Assembly: GCA_964016885.1 (NCBI GenBank)
Contig: OZ024751.1
Location: 41,292,001 to 41,356,000, forward strand
Reading direction: 5' to 3'
From: Eledone cirrhosa
Taxonomy: Eukaryota
Length of the DNA: 64,000 nucleotides
In this document: positions 1 through 13,714 of the stretch, in pieces
Layout of the letters: each line of letters begins with the position of its first letter
Position numbering within the stretch: the stretch's first letter is position 1
Made by a program: the position numbers and the translations under genes
The notes under the pieces: model-generated
What the model saw: the letters and a program-made list of their open reading frames with translations, nothing else
Told to the model about the DNA's origin: nothing
Database searches by the model: none

Positions 1-239
1 TGGCAGAGGTGATAATGTTTATATCAATGCTGTAAATTTCACAGAAGTAGAATTATATATTCTTAGCCAGTTATTTTATAACAGCTGATGTTATTGTTGT
101 TGCTAGGTTTTCCCAGTTTTCCCAGCACAGAAACAGTTTCAATCCATTCTCAACCAAAATGGTTTATTGCAATCAAGACACAATATCACTTAATGTAAAT
201 ATTTCATTACAGCTTTACTTCTTCTTTGCTCACTTATTC

Positions 240-560
240 CTGAACACTCCTTCTAGTGGGTCCTGTCGGAAGCAACCATCTACAATAGATCCAGCTGAAT
301 CCTCAAGTGAGATCAGCCAAGCTCATGGATGTTATCTTGCTCGGGGTTTACCCCCTGGGTCTCCTGCTGGTTGCTTTTTGCCAGTAAAATCTGTCCAACA
401 GCTTTTTCCTGAGACATTCTAACCACATAATATCGGAGATGTGATCTCTCAATTCCTGAGACATTCTAACCACGTAATATCGGAGATGTGATCTCTCAAT
501 TCGGAGAAGTAGCGAATCTACCTGGAGCAACTCTCTGATCACCGAGCTACACACACTATC
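240..560 (-). mobile_element. RTE-clade (Rex3/Expander-like) LINE 3' ORF fragment, decayed, with ~41-bp internal tandem duplication (408-502)
   Basis: Minus-strand translation LLLRIERSHLRYYVVRMSQE...SRRPRG resembles the RTE ORF2 C-terminus; a homologous copy lies at ~20890-21160 (+). Confidence 0.7.
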
Positions 561-599
561 AAGTAACATTATTCCAAAAACCCGGTGGATTCCAAAAAC

Positions 600-790
600 G
601 GCGGTGGATTGGCAGTATCGGTAGAGAGTCGGACGCCATGCTTTCCAGCATAGTTACGTCCCTTTACGGTCTGAGTTCAAATCCCGCCGAGGTTAACTTT
701 GCCTTTCATCCTTACGAGGTCGATAAAATAAAGTACCAGTAATGTACTGGTTAATTTGATGGCCTTGTGCCAAAAGTAGAAACAATTATT
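600..790 (+). mobile_element. tRNA-derived SINE family A (Nin/Deu-like central domain), representative copy
   Basis: A/B-box-like head (TGGCAGTATCGG...GAGTTCAAATCC) and body GCCTTTCATCCTTACGGGGTCGATAAAATAAAGTACCAG. Further copies at ~9817-10000(+), 14088-14262(+), 20715-20890(-), 32675-33290(+, three in tandem), 33515-33670(-), 34350-34565(-), 40878-41065(-), 41930-42100(+), 44645-44832(+), 44937-45205(-), 47108-47450(+), 58585-58820(-). Confidence 0.85.
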
Positions 791-1009
791 CCAAAAACCC
801 TTCAGAATAACCCCATTTCATTCAAATCTCACTGAGAGTAGTTCAACTTTACCTTTCATCCTTCCAGTGTTGATAAAATAAAGTACCAGTAATACACTGG
901 GGTCAATTTAATTGACTTTCCCCTCCCTCAAAATTGTTGGTTTTCAGAAAAGAATTCTGCCAGCAGGTTCATTGTAATGCTTTACATATCTAGCTAGTTA
1001 CTCTTTTAC

Positions 1010-1188
1010 CTGTTACAACGATCCGGCTGAAGCCATGCTGAGGTACCGGCCACAAACCTCTTGTATCTTATGATATCAGAAAGGTGAGGGCGTGATAGAA
1101 GACATTCTGACAGGAAGGTGTCTCCAGCAGCATGGTAAAACATTATGTTAGAGATTAGCAGACACACTGTAGATATCTTGGTAAACAT
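1010..1188 (-). CDS. Probable first coding exon of a secreted Cys-containing protein (gene would continue left of the window)
   Basis: MFTKISTVCLLISNIMFYHAAG|DTFLSECLLSRPHLSDIIRYKRFVAGTSAWLQPDRCN: signal-peptide-like N-terminus, RYKR basic motif, and a good donor AG|GTAAAA at 1010/1009; non-repetitive sequence. Confidence 0.45.
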
Positions 1189-1987
1189 GAAGAACAAGAC
1201 AACATAATAAACGTGAACAGAGACAGAGGAAAGAAATAGATGGCTGTATAAACTTGCTTTGTATTATTTCAATTACATTATTATCTATAGCTTTTATTAC
1301 AATATGCAATACACTACAACCAAGTAAACATTCAATTCCAAACAATCCTAGCTTGATTAAATGAGCTTACTTTGTTTTCTGAGTAACAGTAACTTAACAT
1401 TGTCTCTAGTTTTCTATGGCTGCTATCACATTTAAAGTGATGGTAGTTAAACTGAATAATGAATTATGTCAAGCAGAGTTAAGTATCTCTTTCATCAACA
1501 CACAGTAAGGTGGCAGGAGGGGTTAGTGTTGTTAACTATTTAAATAAGATTAATTACCAATATCATGTAATTAAATCACTCTTTCTGTGTCTAAGCAAGA
1601 GTAGGTAATATATCTATATTAATTCAATGTAAAGACACAAACTTAGTAGAACAGGAGTGGTGTTGTGATGTGTATACCTTTCTCAACAGTATTTAAGGAA
1701 TTGATTGACAGGATCCTAGACCTCATTCACTTACCAAGTCAGGTGGAACTTGTCAAATCGGACCAAGGAAACGATGTTTCCATTGGTGATACTATCTATT
1801 GGTGGCAACTTCTGGCAGAAAGAGCAATGTGAAATAAAGAATCTTGTTCAAGGACATAATGCATTGCCTAATCTGGCAATTGAACTTCCAATCTCACGAT
1901 TGCAAATCCAATTCTCTAACCATAAACCACAAGACTTAAAGACAGAACAATCTGTTCAAATAGACTGAAATTGGATCAGGAAACAAA

Positions 1988-2518
1988 TTAACTCTTAACC
2001 TCCTGTAATGATTCAGCAGTAAATATCTAAAAATAGGTTTGTTAATTCAAATGTTCATAATATCTTTACTGGTGGACAGATTGTGAACATTTACAGTAAG
2101 CTAAAGTAGAGACTTTAATTTTTAAGTGATACAGTCACAGTGCTGTTTTGTACTTTTTAAGAATATCTTGCTAATGTGGTTTCATATGGTACAGGACATT
2201 AAGTGTAAATGATATCTGAGAGAGTTGGTGGTTTATAGAAGTTAACTCTTAACATACTGTAATCATCAGGCAGATAATATCTAAAAATGAGTTTGTTAAT
2301 TCGAATGTTTATAGTATCTTTAGTAGTGGACAAATTGTGAAAATCTACAGTATTATCTCTTAATATCCTATAATGATTTAGCAGAAAATATTAAAAAATG
2401 GGTTTGTTTGTTCAAATGTTTACTAATTTTTAATGCGATGCAGGCTTAGTGTTTTTTTGTACTTTTCAAGAATGTCTTGCTAATGTGGTTCCATGTAATA
2501 CAGGACATTAAGAGTTAA
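1988..2518. mobile_element. TTAA-bounded non-autonomous DNA element (MITE), partly internally duplicated
   Basis: Begins TTAACTCTTAACCTCCTGTA and ends TACAGGACATTAAGAGTTAA (inverted termini); related pieces at ~35200-35382 and ~45950-46100. Confidence 0.55.
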
Positions 2519-3165
2519 TTACAAACTTATTCACTCATATAATCAATATTTCTTGCTTATGTAAACATTATAAAAACATTCAAATGAATTGGTATTTAGG
2601 ATGAACCCAGGAAACCAGACAAGTTTGTAATATATTTTAATAAGGAAATATTGTTCATATTTTTCACTCAATTTTCTTTAGTCAACTTTTACAAAGATTT
2701 GAGAGTTAGGAACCACATTTCAATAATATCAGAGATTGTCATAGGTTGTGAGAAAATAGTTATATTCTTTTAAAAACATGCAATTTCATAGGTATACACA
2801 ATTTGTAAATTAAGATATATATATATATACTTTTTTGATAGATATATAAAGATACTTTCTTTAACAGGTCTATCAGGTACTTTTACTCTTTTTAACAGGT
2901 GTATCATAGATATATATACTCTTTAACAGATGCAACATAGATACATATAGGTATATAATAGGTATATGTATATTTTTTTTAATAGGTGTACCATATATAT
3001 ACTCTTTTTAACAGGTGAACCATATATATATATACTCTTTTTAATAAGTGTATAGTAGGTATGTTTGTAGAATATTCAGTTCTTTGTTTGTAGAAGTGAA
3101 ATACATTACATCAATTCACAGTGGGATTTTATGTGTGTACAAATACATATATAGTCTATTTTGAA

Positions 3166-4398
3166 TTATAGACGAGTAACAATTTCGGAAGAACTCTGCT
3201 CAAATGAGAAATTATCATTACAATGAATTGGTAACGATGATTGTTTTGAAACTAGATTGTAATTAGAAGCAAGTAAAGCTCTGTCAGAATCATACATATT
3301 TGGTTGTGAAGAGGATGTCTGGCAAGAGTGTTGTATATGAATGGGTGCTGTTGTTATAGAGTTTGTTGTGAAGCCCACGTTGTATGTAGAAGACATGTTT
3401 TGACAGCAATATCTCCAACAACACATTGTAATGTTATGCCAGTGGCTTGCCATTACACTGTTGATTTCCTGGCACTGGTAAGCATGGAGAACCGCACACA
3501 CAATAGACTTGAGCAAAGGTAGAGGCAAAAAATAGAGAACTGTATAACTTGGTTTTGTGTTGTCCTCATTACAGAAATAGCTAATAGCAATATAAAATAC
3601 CAGAGGCAGATATGTCAACAGCCATACTACAACGTGAGATTTCGATATTGAGAGCAAACCTGCATATCTTTTATATTCTTTACTACTCAATGTAAGGATG
3701 TGGTCATTATTTTGTATCCGTTGATGCAGGCATTGGTAATAAATAAGTAAACAAATTGTGATGAAAACACAGTTATTCCAAAGTAAGCCAACAAATAGCA
3801 AGAATGTGGAATTGTAGTAGTAGAAAAATAGACATGTATAATCAAACAACACCCATCCCATCTGAGAAGAGAAACCGATTATAAAAGAACCATTCCAGAC
3901 AATCACCATTAGAGCAATGACATTCTTCTTGTGCATGTGAAGCTGCATGTCAAGTGGTCGTGACAGCCTCAAAGAACTGTCTGCAGCTAACCAAAGTAAA
4001 CAAAGAGCTGAGGCTGTTGAAGCCGTAATTAGAAGACTCTCAGACAGAAAACAGTCAATGGAACGGATTTTACGATATTCAATATAGATAGCTTTCACAA
4101 CCCCAAACAAACCTATAAGAGCATCAGCAACTATCAAACTTCGAATAAAAACCAGTGAAGGGCTTTGCCCTCCACTTGTATTCTTTGACTCAATTAGAAT
4201 GAAACTGTTCAAAATAAAAGACAAGGATCCAAGAATGGCAAATAAAATTTGAATGACAATCAGGTAATTATCCTCTGGCCATTCTGGAGTCTTCAAGGTA
4301 GAACAGTTGGAAAAGGTCTTTGAGTAGTTATATCTACAACGAATCTGGATGAAACTGGTCATGAGTAAGACCAAAACCAAACTAGTATTTATCAGCAT
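3166..4398 (-). CDS. Intronless class A (rhodopsin-like) GPCR, 410 aa, with atypical motifs
   Basis: Seven hydrophobic segments; TM1 N (ILNSFIL), TM2 SLIVADALIG, TM3 Cys...LAADSSLRLSRPL (DRY position), TM4 W, QMGW, TM6 LLTYLP; N-terminal NxS glycosylation sites and a Cys-rich C-tail. Confidence 0.9.
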   Translation of the reverse strand: MLINTSLVLVLLMTSFIQIRCRYNYSKTFSNCSTLKTPEWPEDNYLIVIQILFAILGSLSFILNSFILIESKNTSGGQSPSLVFIRSLIVADALIGLFGVVKAIYIEYRKIRSIDCFLSESLLITASTASALCLLWLAADSSLRLSRPLDMQLHMHKKNVIALMVIVWNGSFIIGFSSQMGWVLFDYTCLFFYYYNSTFLLFVGLLWNNCVFITICLLIYYQCLHQRIQNNDHILTLSSKEYKRYAGLLSISKSHVVVWLLTYLPLVFYIAISYFCNEDNTKPSYTVLYFLPLPLLKSIVCAVLHAYQCQEINSVMASHWHNITMCCWRYCCQNMSSTYNVGFTTNSITTAPIHIQHSCQTSSSQPNMYDSDRALLASNYNLVSKQSSLPIHCNDNFSFEQSSSEIVTRL

Positions 4399-5255
4399 AA
4401 GTATTTATTCCTCACAATAGTGAGATTGTGTAAGACATTTTAAATTTGCGTCTGGTTCAGTTGAAATCTGTGATGTGTAGTTAAGGTATTATTAGGAGGA
4501 AGGAAGGAAATGGTAAACAAAAAAGAAATGTGAATGGAAGATCTTCACAAGGAATGGTAAAAAGTACCATATATTCAATCCAACACACACACACACACAG
4601 TACACTACTGCCACAAGCACACATATTTTCACTAAATACACACATACACATTCACAGCACACTACCACCACAACCACATATATATTCAATAAATAAATAC
4701 ATACACAAACACGCTCTCACACATCCCTTATTTTTTAATTAGTTTAACCCTTTAATTATCATATATACATGGCCAGACTTTCACCTGCTGAGGCCCTAAA
4801 CTATATGAAATTTGAGGTCCTTCAATAAAAAGATTTAGGCAAAAAAATTCAAAATAACTATATATGATTATTTTTTATTTTAATGTTAACCAAAGAATAA
4901 ATTTTATATAAATATAATTTTTTTTGTGATTTAGCTAATGATAAAACAAAAATATAATTTTTAAAATGAGACCTCTGAGGGTGTGTGGCCCTAAGTTATA
5001 GCTTATTTATCTTATAGGTAAGTCCAGCACTGCATATATAAAAGAAATGGGAAGGGGAGGGGGGACTTAATGATTCCATAAGATGGAAGTACCATGGAAC
5101 AACTTAATATAGAGATGGCAACTAACTGATTAAATTGAAGAAAACCTGTTGTACCTAGTCTGGATTAGGTTGATATCTAGAAAAGACTGAGGAGGATGGT
5201 ATGTTATTCCTTCCCTGGGGAAGGGTAGACATAACAAAAGTCCATTAACAGATTG

Positions 5256-5327
<72 letters not shown>

Positions 5328-6350
5328 ATATAGATATATATATATATGTCTGTGTGTGTGTACATCTATATATATAATTACAAATATATATAATTACATA
5401 TATATATGTATACATATATATATAAAAGAGAGAGAGAGAGAGAGAATTAGAAAGGTCTCACAACTATGATAATCATTCTTCCCATTAGAGAAGGAAGAAG
5501 AAAACCTATCTCTTCATCAATACCTTGCTATCACTGTAATGGTGGCAGGGTGGTGGATGGTGGTGGGGTGGATTGATGGGGGGGGGGGGTGTTAATGGTG
5601 GTGGGATGGAGGGTGTTAATGGTGGAAGGGTTGCAGTGGGGTCGTGTTAATGGTGGTAGTTGTTTTGATTGTTATGGTGGTGGAGGTGGTGATAACAATT
5701 GTTGCTAAATAATAGAATCAATATGATAGGGATAATAGTAATGGGGGGGCTGGAGAGAGAGAGAGCTGAAGGGAGGGAGGGAGAAAGGGAGAGAGTGCAT
5801 GAGAAAATGAGAGAAAATGAGTGAGGGACAAAGGAAGAAGAGACAGAAACACAAACACACATTTATGAGAGAGAGAGGGGGGACAGAGAGGGACGGGGGG
5901 GGGGGGGCAGAGAGAGAGGGGGGAGAGACAAACATACACAATGCAATATACACACACACACTAACACATATATATATAAGAAAGAAATAGAGAGAGACAA
6001 ACACAATAGACACCCATTGATACATAATATATGAGAAAGAAATAGAGACACACAGACACATACACATATATACATACACACAGACATATACATACACACA
6101 CAGACACATATACAGTACATACACACACACACAGACACATATACAGTACATACACACACAGACACATATATACATAGACATACATATATATGTGAAGGAA
6201 ACAAGACTAGAGAGTAAATTAATTTCATGTGAGTTAACACCATGGAGTGTTGATTTCAAGGTGAAGGTCAGCTATCTAGAAGAACATTAACTGTAAATAA
6301 AAGGAGAGAACTTTAATCTTGGTAGATAACCTCTTTAGTGTTAAAGGTAG

Positions 6351-7192
6351 ATAAAATGTACTTGCTCCATGTTATAAAAGTTTGTTGACTAGAAATATAT
6401 CTTAGCTATAAAATGTACTTGCTCCATGTTATAAAAGTTTGCTGACTAGAAAGATATCTTAGTTATAAAATGTACTTGCTCCATGTTATAAAAGTTTGTT
6501 GACTAGAAAGATATCTTAGCTATAAAATGTACTTGCTCCATGTTATAAAAGTTTGTTGACTAGAAAGATATCTTAGCTATAAAATGTACTTGGTCCATGT
6601 TATAAAAGTTTGCTGACTAGAAAAATATCTTAGCTATAAAATGTACTTGGTCCATGTTATAAAAGTTTGCTGACTAGAAATATATCTTAGCTATAAAATG
6701 TACTTGGTCCATGTTATAAAAGTTTGTTGACTAGAAAGATATCTTAGCTATAAAATGTACTTGCTCCATGTTATAAAAGTTTGCTGACTAGAAATATATC
6801 TTAGCTATAAAATGTACTTGGTCCATGTTATAAAAGTTTGCTGACTAGAAATATCTTAGCTATAAAATGTACTTGCTCCATGTTATAAAAGTTTGCTGAC
6901 TAGAAAGATATCTTAGCTATAAAATGTACTTGGTCCATGTTATAAAAGTTTGTTGACTAGAAATATATCTTAGCTATAAAATGTACTTGGTCCATGTTAT
7001 AAAAGTTTGCTGACTAGAAAGATATCTTAGCCATAAAATGTACTTGCTCCATGTTATAAAAGTTTGCTGACTAGAAAGATATCTTAGCTATAAAATGTAC
7101 TTGCTCCATGTTATAAAAGTTTGTTGACTAGAAAGATATCTTAGCTATAAAATGTACTTGGTCCATGTTATAAAAGTTTGTTGACTAGAAAT
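6351..7192. repeat. 57-bp minisatellite, ~15 copies
   Basis: Unit TATAAAATGTACTTGCTCCATGTTATAAAAGTTTGTTGACTAGAAAGATATCTTAGC with a few variable positions. Confidence 0.95.
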
Positions 7193-7756
7193 AAGGGTTA
7201 ATGGCTCTCAGCTCCGTTCCACCTGAGACTAACACAATAAATGTAAGTGCCAGGATGTTTTGGACTAAATCTTATAATTACTGTTATCAAAGTATTGTTA
7301 TTTCTGACTAATTATTTCTCTTTAAACCAACAAGTCTTAATGTCTTAGCCTCCTTCACTGGTTCCTAACAAGTTCACCCCTTTCTTTCTCAATCACCTTA
7401 AATTACTCTACATTTTTTAGTTTGGTCTACCTCAGTCAACATTTCTAAACAGTTAACCTCCTGTATTCCTTCCCCAACAATAATATACCAACATATCCAT
7501 TTGTTGGTATATTATTGTTGTGGCAGCAACAGAGATCTTTGGTATTCTTGGTGGTCATTCTGGTCAGTTGTGGCGATAGTAATAGAAATAAAACAACTCT
7601 TTTTAACAATATCTTTAACACTTTCACTACTGAAATACACCCTATTCCAATTAATTGATTGAGAGTAATGGGCAAGAGCTTTGAGGGGTTTACTAAAATT
7701 ATTAAATATTTCATTACTGACATAACATATGGTTCTTATATAAAATTGATAGCGAT

Positions 7757-8060
7757 TTAACACTTTGGTTATTCTATGCTAGTATGGAAAATGGACATTA
7801 AATGGTGATGATGAATTTTAATGAAAGGCACTGCTTTTGGCTTTCAAATAATTTTGAAAATCATAAAAAATCTGGTGGGATTTAATAATATAACCAATTT
7901 TCTCATTATTACATTGGTGTTTGGAACATAACTTCACAAAGGTTTTTACATAAAATTATGATGGAAGGTTTTTATTTAAATAGGAACCATTTAAAATGGG
8001 TGATTTTTGTTTCATAGAACCAGAGCTGGTTTTAAGTGGGTTGGTATCAAAAAGGGTTAA
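7757..8060. mobile_element. TTAA-bounded MITE family (second type)
   Basis: Ends GGTATCAAAAAGGGTTAA; homologous copies at ~26284-26630, ~45490-45950 and ~57007-57700 (inverted), each interrupted by other elements. Confidence 0.55.
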
Positions 8061-10171
8061 TAATATATCAGAGCTAAAGTATTGGACAATAATAGGACTG
8101 ATACTTTTTTATCCCCTGACCTGGGAGAGATTACTTAAAGTGCAAGGCCGTGGGTTGAGAACAGCAAAATGATAGAGACATATTAAAATAGCTGATTAAA
8201 ACAATACTGTTAGCCCCTAACATCCTGTAAAGATTTATTAGAAAATATTTGAAACCATTTTTGTTTATTGAAATGTTTATGGTATCTTTACTAATTGACA
8301 GATTGTTGTAGACTAAACTAAATACTTTAATTTTTATTGCAATAGAATTTAATAGAGAAATAGTTAGATTAGAATTTGATAGAGGTAGACAGATAAATAT
8401 AACTTGATAGAGAGACAAATAAATAGAATTTGATAGAGAGACAGACAAATAAATAGAATTTGATAGAAATAGATAGATAAACAGATTTTGATAGAGATAG
8501 ACATAAATAGAATTTGATTGAAAACTAAATAGGTACATAAATAAAATTTGATAGAGAGATAGACAATATAGAATTTGATAGAAAGATAGTCAGATAGATA
8601 TATAGAATTTGATAGAGATAAACAGACAGATAAATAAATTTGACAGAGATAGATAAATAAAATTTGATTGAAAACTAGATAGGTACATAAATAAAATTTG
8701 ATAGAGAGATAGACAGACAGATAGATAGAATTTGATAGAAAGATATAATAATAATAATGAGAAAAAAACAACAAAAAACAGAGAAAGATAGAATAAGAGA
8801 CAAAGAAGAAAAAATATGAAAAGGAATAAATTGAAGAAGAATGACAACAAATAAAAGTGATTTTAAAATATTTGGAATGGGGGGAGAATGAGTCAGGGAG
8901 GGGGTGTATGAATTGAAATACTTCATAAGAAAACAATTCATATAATGCAAAGTATTTTAGAAATAGTTGTAGCAACAAAACTAAAAGGATACAGGAACAC
9001 CGGTCAAATATAATATATCCATGTTGCAAACAAATTGTTAGGCCATCAGGCAAAGGAAAAATAGTAATGATAATAATATATAATTATCCAATTGTTTTCT
9101 GCTTAGAATATCCAGGTATAGTGTAGAGTGAGGCATTCCACTGAAATAACATCAGTTACTCAGGACAGGAGTGACATAACTTGTTGAATTGTACCAGTTG
9201 TTGGAAGAAAAAATCAACCAATGAAATAATGGGAAATGAGCCACAGACCTAGAGGTAAATGCTGATTGGTTGTTTGTCAGTCAGTTCATTGTTCTACAGG
9301 TGAAAATCCAAGACTTTGCATATAGAGCTTTATCCAAGTTGATGGTGAGAGAGGGGGAGTAACTTCTCGTAGAATATTGGACTTGGATAACAGACTGTTG
9401 TCATGTATTAAGCCTACCTTTCAACCACACATTCCATATATAAACTATTAATGTTACTTTATATATACATACATACATACATATACACACACACACATAT
9501 ATATATATATACACACATGTATACACACACACATATATACACACACACACACATATATATACACACACACGTGTGTGTGTGTGTGTGTGTATATATATAT
9601 GTGTGCGTGTATATATATATGTGTGTGTGTATATGTATATATATGTGTGTGTGTGTATATATTCATTCCATTTCAATTTAATTCATTAATTTTACTGTCT
9701 TGTTATTTCATTTCTATTATACTTACACATAACAGTTTTTTATAAAGCCTTGAACACAACTAATTGACTTGCCCTCCACCAAAATTGTTGGCTCCATGCC
9801 TAAATCAAAATCCATTGGCAGTATCGGTAGAGAGTCGGACGCCATGCTTTGATGCAAAGAGTTACGGCCCTTGCTATTCTGAGTTCAAATCCCGCCGAGG
9901 TTAACTTTGCCTTTCATCCTTACGGGGTCAATAAAATAAAGTACCAGTCCCACACTGGGGTAATAGCTGGCCTTGTGCCAAAAAGTAGAAACAATTATTA
10001 GTTTAAAGAGAGCTTTAAATAAGATAAAATTAACCAAACATATAAATAGGAACAGGAATAAACAACTGCAGGTATATAATTATTGTTGCAGTTTGGACAG
10101 GTGCTAAAGAGTTCTAATAATGTAGAGAAAGGTAGAAATAATGGTTGAGATTGGCAGACATGGAATTATCC

Positions 10172-10476
10172 AGGTGTCTAACACACGTGGACATGCCCAC
10201 AAAGTAAGAAAACAGCACAGTTCCCATGACTTTCGGAAACATTTTTTCACGCTCAGAGTTGCTGAAGCATGGAACAAACTACCTGCATCAGTTGTTAGCT
10301 GTCGAGACACTGCATCCTTTAAGGCCTCCATGCTTCCCGAGATCCGCCAACACTACAGCTAACACATACACACATGTACTTCCCTGACATTTGTGTATTA
10401 TTCTATATACTATACATACACCTTTGACGAGTTGTAGTGCACCTGAGCACTTTACACAATAATTTCATTATTATTA
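10172..10476 (+). mobile_element. CR1/L2-clade LINE 3' fragment
   Basis: VSNTRGHAHKVRKQHSSHDFRKHFFTLRVAEAWNKLPASVVSCRDTASFK (CR1/L2 ORF2 C-terminal TRGH...FF..RV...WN.LP motif), then a 3' UTR and (ATT)n tail. Confidence 0.85.
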
Positions 10477-10673
10477 TGTGTAAAGTAATTAACTTGATTG
10501 AGAATAATGAATTAGCTAGAATAGAATGTGTCCACAACAGAAATTACTGTTAAAATACGGACACTTAAAAATATATACACACACACACAAACATATATAA
10601 ACACAAACATCAGATATATACTACCTATCATTAACAAAGATCAGGCATGTATATATATACACAAACATCAGGC

Positions 10674-10706
<33 letters not shown>

Positions 10707-10868
10707 TATACACAAACATCAGGCATATATATATATATACACAAACATCAGGCATATATATATACACAAACATCAAGTATATATATTTATATACATACAC
10801 ACAAACATCAAGCATATATATATATATACAATATATATACACAAACATCAGGCATATTTATACACATT

Positions 10869-10914
<46 letters not shown>

Positions 10915-10949
10915 TCAAAATAATTCTAATTCAAGGATTTGAAGACAAT

Positions 10950-11022
10950 TCATTTTCACCTGACGAGATCTTGGCTACACGATCGATCTATCTCTTATTG
11001 AAACGTGTTGTGATTAAAATGA
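10950..11022 (+). ncRNA. Degenerate minimal Type I hammerhead ribozyme motif (PLE-type)
   Basis: UCAUUUUCAC-CUGACGA-GAUC(10 nt)GAUC-[15-nt extra]-GAAACGUGUU-GUGAuuAAAAUGA; stem I pairs and the ACGUGU stem III is self-complementary; the stem II junction is disrupted. Confidence 0.5.
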
Positions 11023-11272
11023 TTGGAAATTTATACCTTGCCTTTGGATCTTTATTTTGATACAAATACTCCGTTTTACATCATCTAGCTGTTCCCATAA
11101 ATGGAATTGGAGATATACAAAAACGTGGAGAACTTAATATTGCTAACAAAAATTTATTGGACCGTTTGACACAACCAATAATACACCTTACTATATAACT
11201 ATATATATATAAAAGAAAATTTCGCTCTACATGGCTGAATACAATGTTATTAATATTCGAAAAACTTAAATT

Positions 11273-11317
<45 letters not shown>

Positions 11318-11354
11318 CACAAACATATACATACATATCACTACAAAAACATCA

Positions 11355-11394
<40 letters not shown>

Positions 11395-12051
11395 AACATA
11401 TACATACATATCACTACAAAAACATCAGGCATATATATATATATATATACACAAACATATACATACATATCACTACAAAAACATCAGGCATATATATATA
11501 ACTACACAAACACTATACAGATATACTTATAACTACACAATTACTATACATATATCACTACACATATACACATATAATTACACACACACACCATACATAT
11601 ACAACTAGAGACACACACACACACACCATACATATACAACTGCACACACACACCATACATATACAACTACACACACACACGCACACACCATACATATACA
11701 ACTACACACACACACGCACACACCATACATATACAACTACACACACACACGCACACACCATACATATACAACTACACACACACACGCACACACCATACAT
11801 ATACAACTAGAGACACACACACACCATACATATACAACTGCACACACACACGCACACACCATACATATACAACTACACACACACACGCACACACCATACA
11901 TATACAACTACACACACACACGCACACACCATACATATACAACTACAGACACAGAACACAAGACCACAAAATAAAATATGGAAGTATTAAATGAAAGAAC
12001 TCTGTCAAAAGAGGTAGTACGTACTTCATTTTTTTTATCATTGCTAATCCA

Positions 12052-12720
12052 CCTACCACACACAGCCACCACCATCACCACCACACAGCCACCACCACCA
12101 CACAGCCACCACCATCACACAGCCACCACCATCACCACCACACAGCCACCACCACCACCACCACCACACACAGCCACCACCACCACCACCACCACACAGC
12201 CACCACCACCACCACCACACAGCCACCACCACCACCAAACACAGCCACCACCACCACCATCACCAAACACAGCCACCACCACCACCACCACCACACACAT
12301 CCACCACCACACACAACCACCACCACTACCACACACAACCACCACCACCACCACACACAACCACCACCATCACCACCACCACACAGCCACCACCACCACC
12401 ACCACACAGCCACCACCAAACACAGCCACCACCATCACAACCACCATGATCATACACAGCCACCACCACCACACACATCCACCACCACAACCACACACAA
12501 CCACCACCACCACCACCACCACCACACACAGCCACCACCACCACTACCACACACAACCACCACCACCACCACCACCACCACACACAACCACCACCATCAC
12601 ACAGCCAGCACCATCATCATGACACACAGCCACCACCACCACCACCACCGCCACCATCACCACCACCACACACAGCCAGCACCACCATCACCACCACTAC
12701 CACCTCCATCATCATCACCA
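12052..12720. repeat. (CAC)n-rich compound low-complexity repeat
   Basis: ACACAGCC(ACC)n units; these produce spurious T/P/H and V/W/G ORFs. Confidence 0.9.
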
Positions 12721-12947
12721 CTAATTTGTCCATATTTATCAGGTGTAAAAACAACAACAACAAAAAACAGTGTAGCAGCAACAACACCAACAACAACAAC
12801 ACTACCTTCTTCTCGCACAAACTGTATAACTCTCTAAAATAAAAGTTAGGAAACTAGGAAGTGTCACCCTGTCCTTATGGTCAATTAGAGTACAGTGTAT
12901 ATAAGGTAGGTGACTCTAAGCAGGTGGAAACCAGCAGCAGCAGTAAC

Positions 12948-12979
<32 letters not shown>

Positions 12980-13714
12980 GAATAGCAGCAGCTACTACTG
13001 GGATTACACACAAAGAATAGCTTTTTATGAATGTGTGTGCATGCATCTATGTGTGTCTGTATGTGCGCATGCATGTGTGTGAGTGTTTATGTGTGTGTGT
13101 GTGTTTATGTGTGTGTGTGTGTGTTTATGTGTGTGTGTGTGTTTATGTGAATCATCATCATCATCCTTTTTATGTTCGCTTTTCCCTGCTTGCAAGGGTG
13201 GGACAGGAACTGATTCTGGCTTGATTTCTACAGCTTGATGCCCTTCCTAACACCAACCCCATTTACAGTGTGGGCTGGGTGCTTTTTTGCCGTGGCACCT
13301 CCACGACCAGTTTGCAGTGCAATGATAGGGACCCCAGTCCCTATCATCTCATTTCTACAGCTGAGTAAACTGGAGCAATGTGAAATAAAGTGTCTTGCTC
13401 AAGGAAACAAGACACTTTATTTCACATTGGTCCAGTTGAATGTGTGCGTGTATATGTGAACACGTGTGTGTCTGTATGTGTATGCACATGTCTCTGTATT
13501 TTTGTCTGTATATGAGTGCATGTGTGTGTGAGCTCAAGCAGACACACAGACACATTACATATGCCTGTGTATACATATTACCCATCTAAATTCATTTTTA
13601 TATAATACAACCCTCAGCAACACAATAAATATTTACACTCGACTTCCGTATTGAGAATGCTTTCACACTTTTTATATCCTCAAAAATACATACCATCATC
13701 ATCATCAACCTCAT

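Noticed and set aside
11978-12837. His/Pro/Thr-rich extensin- or mucin-like ORFs
   Set aside because: (CAC)n low-complexity DNA with frequent frame shifts and no splice support.
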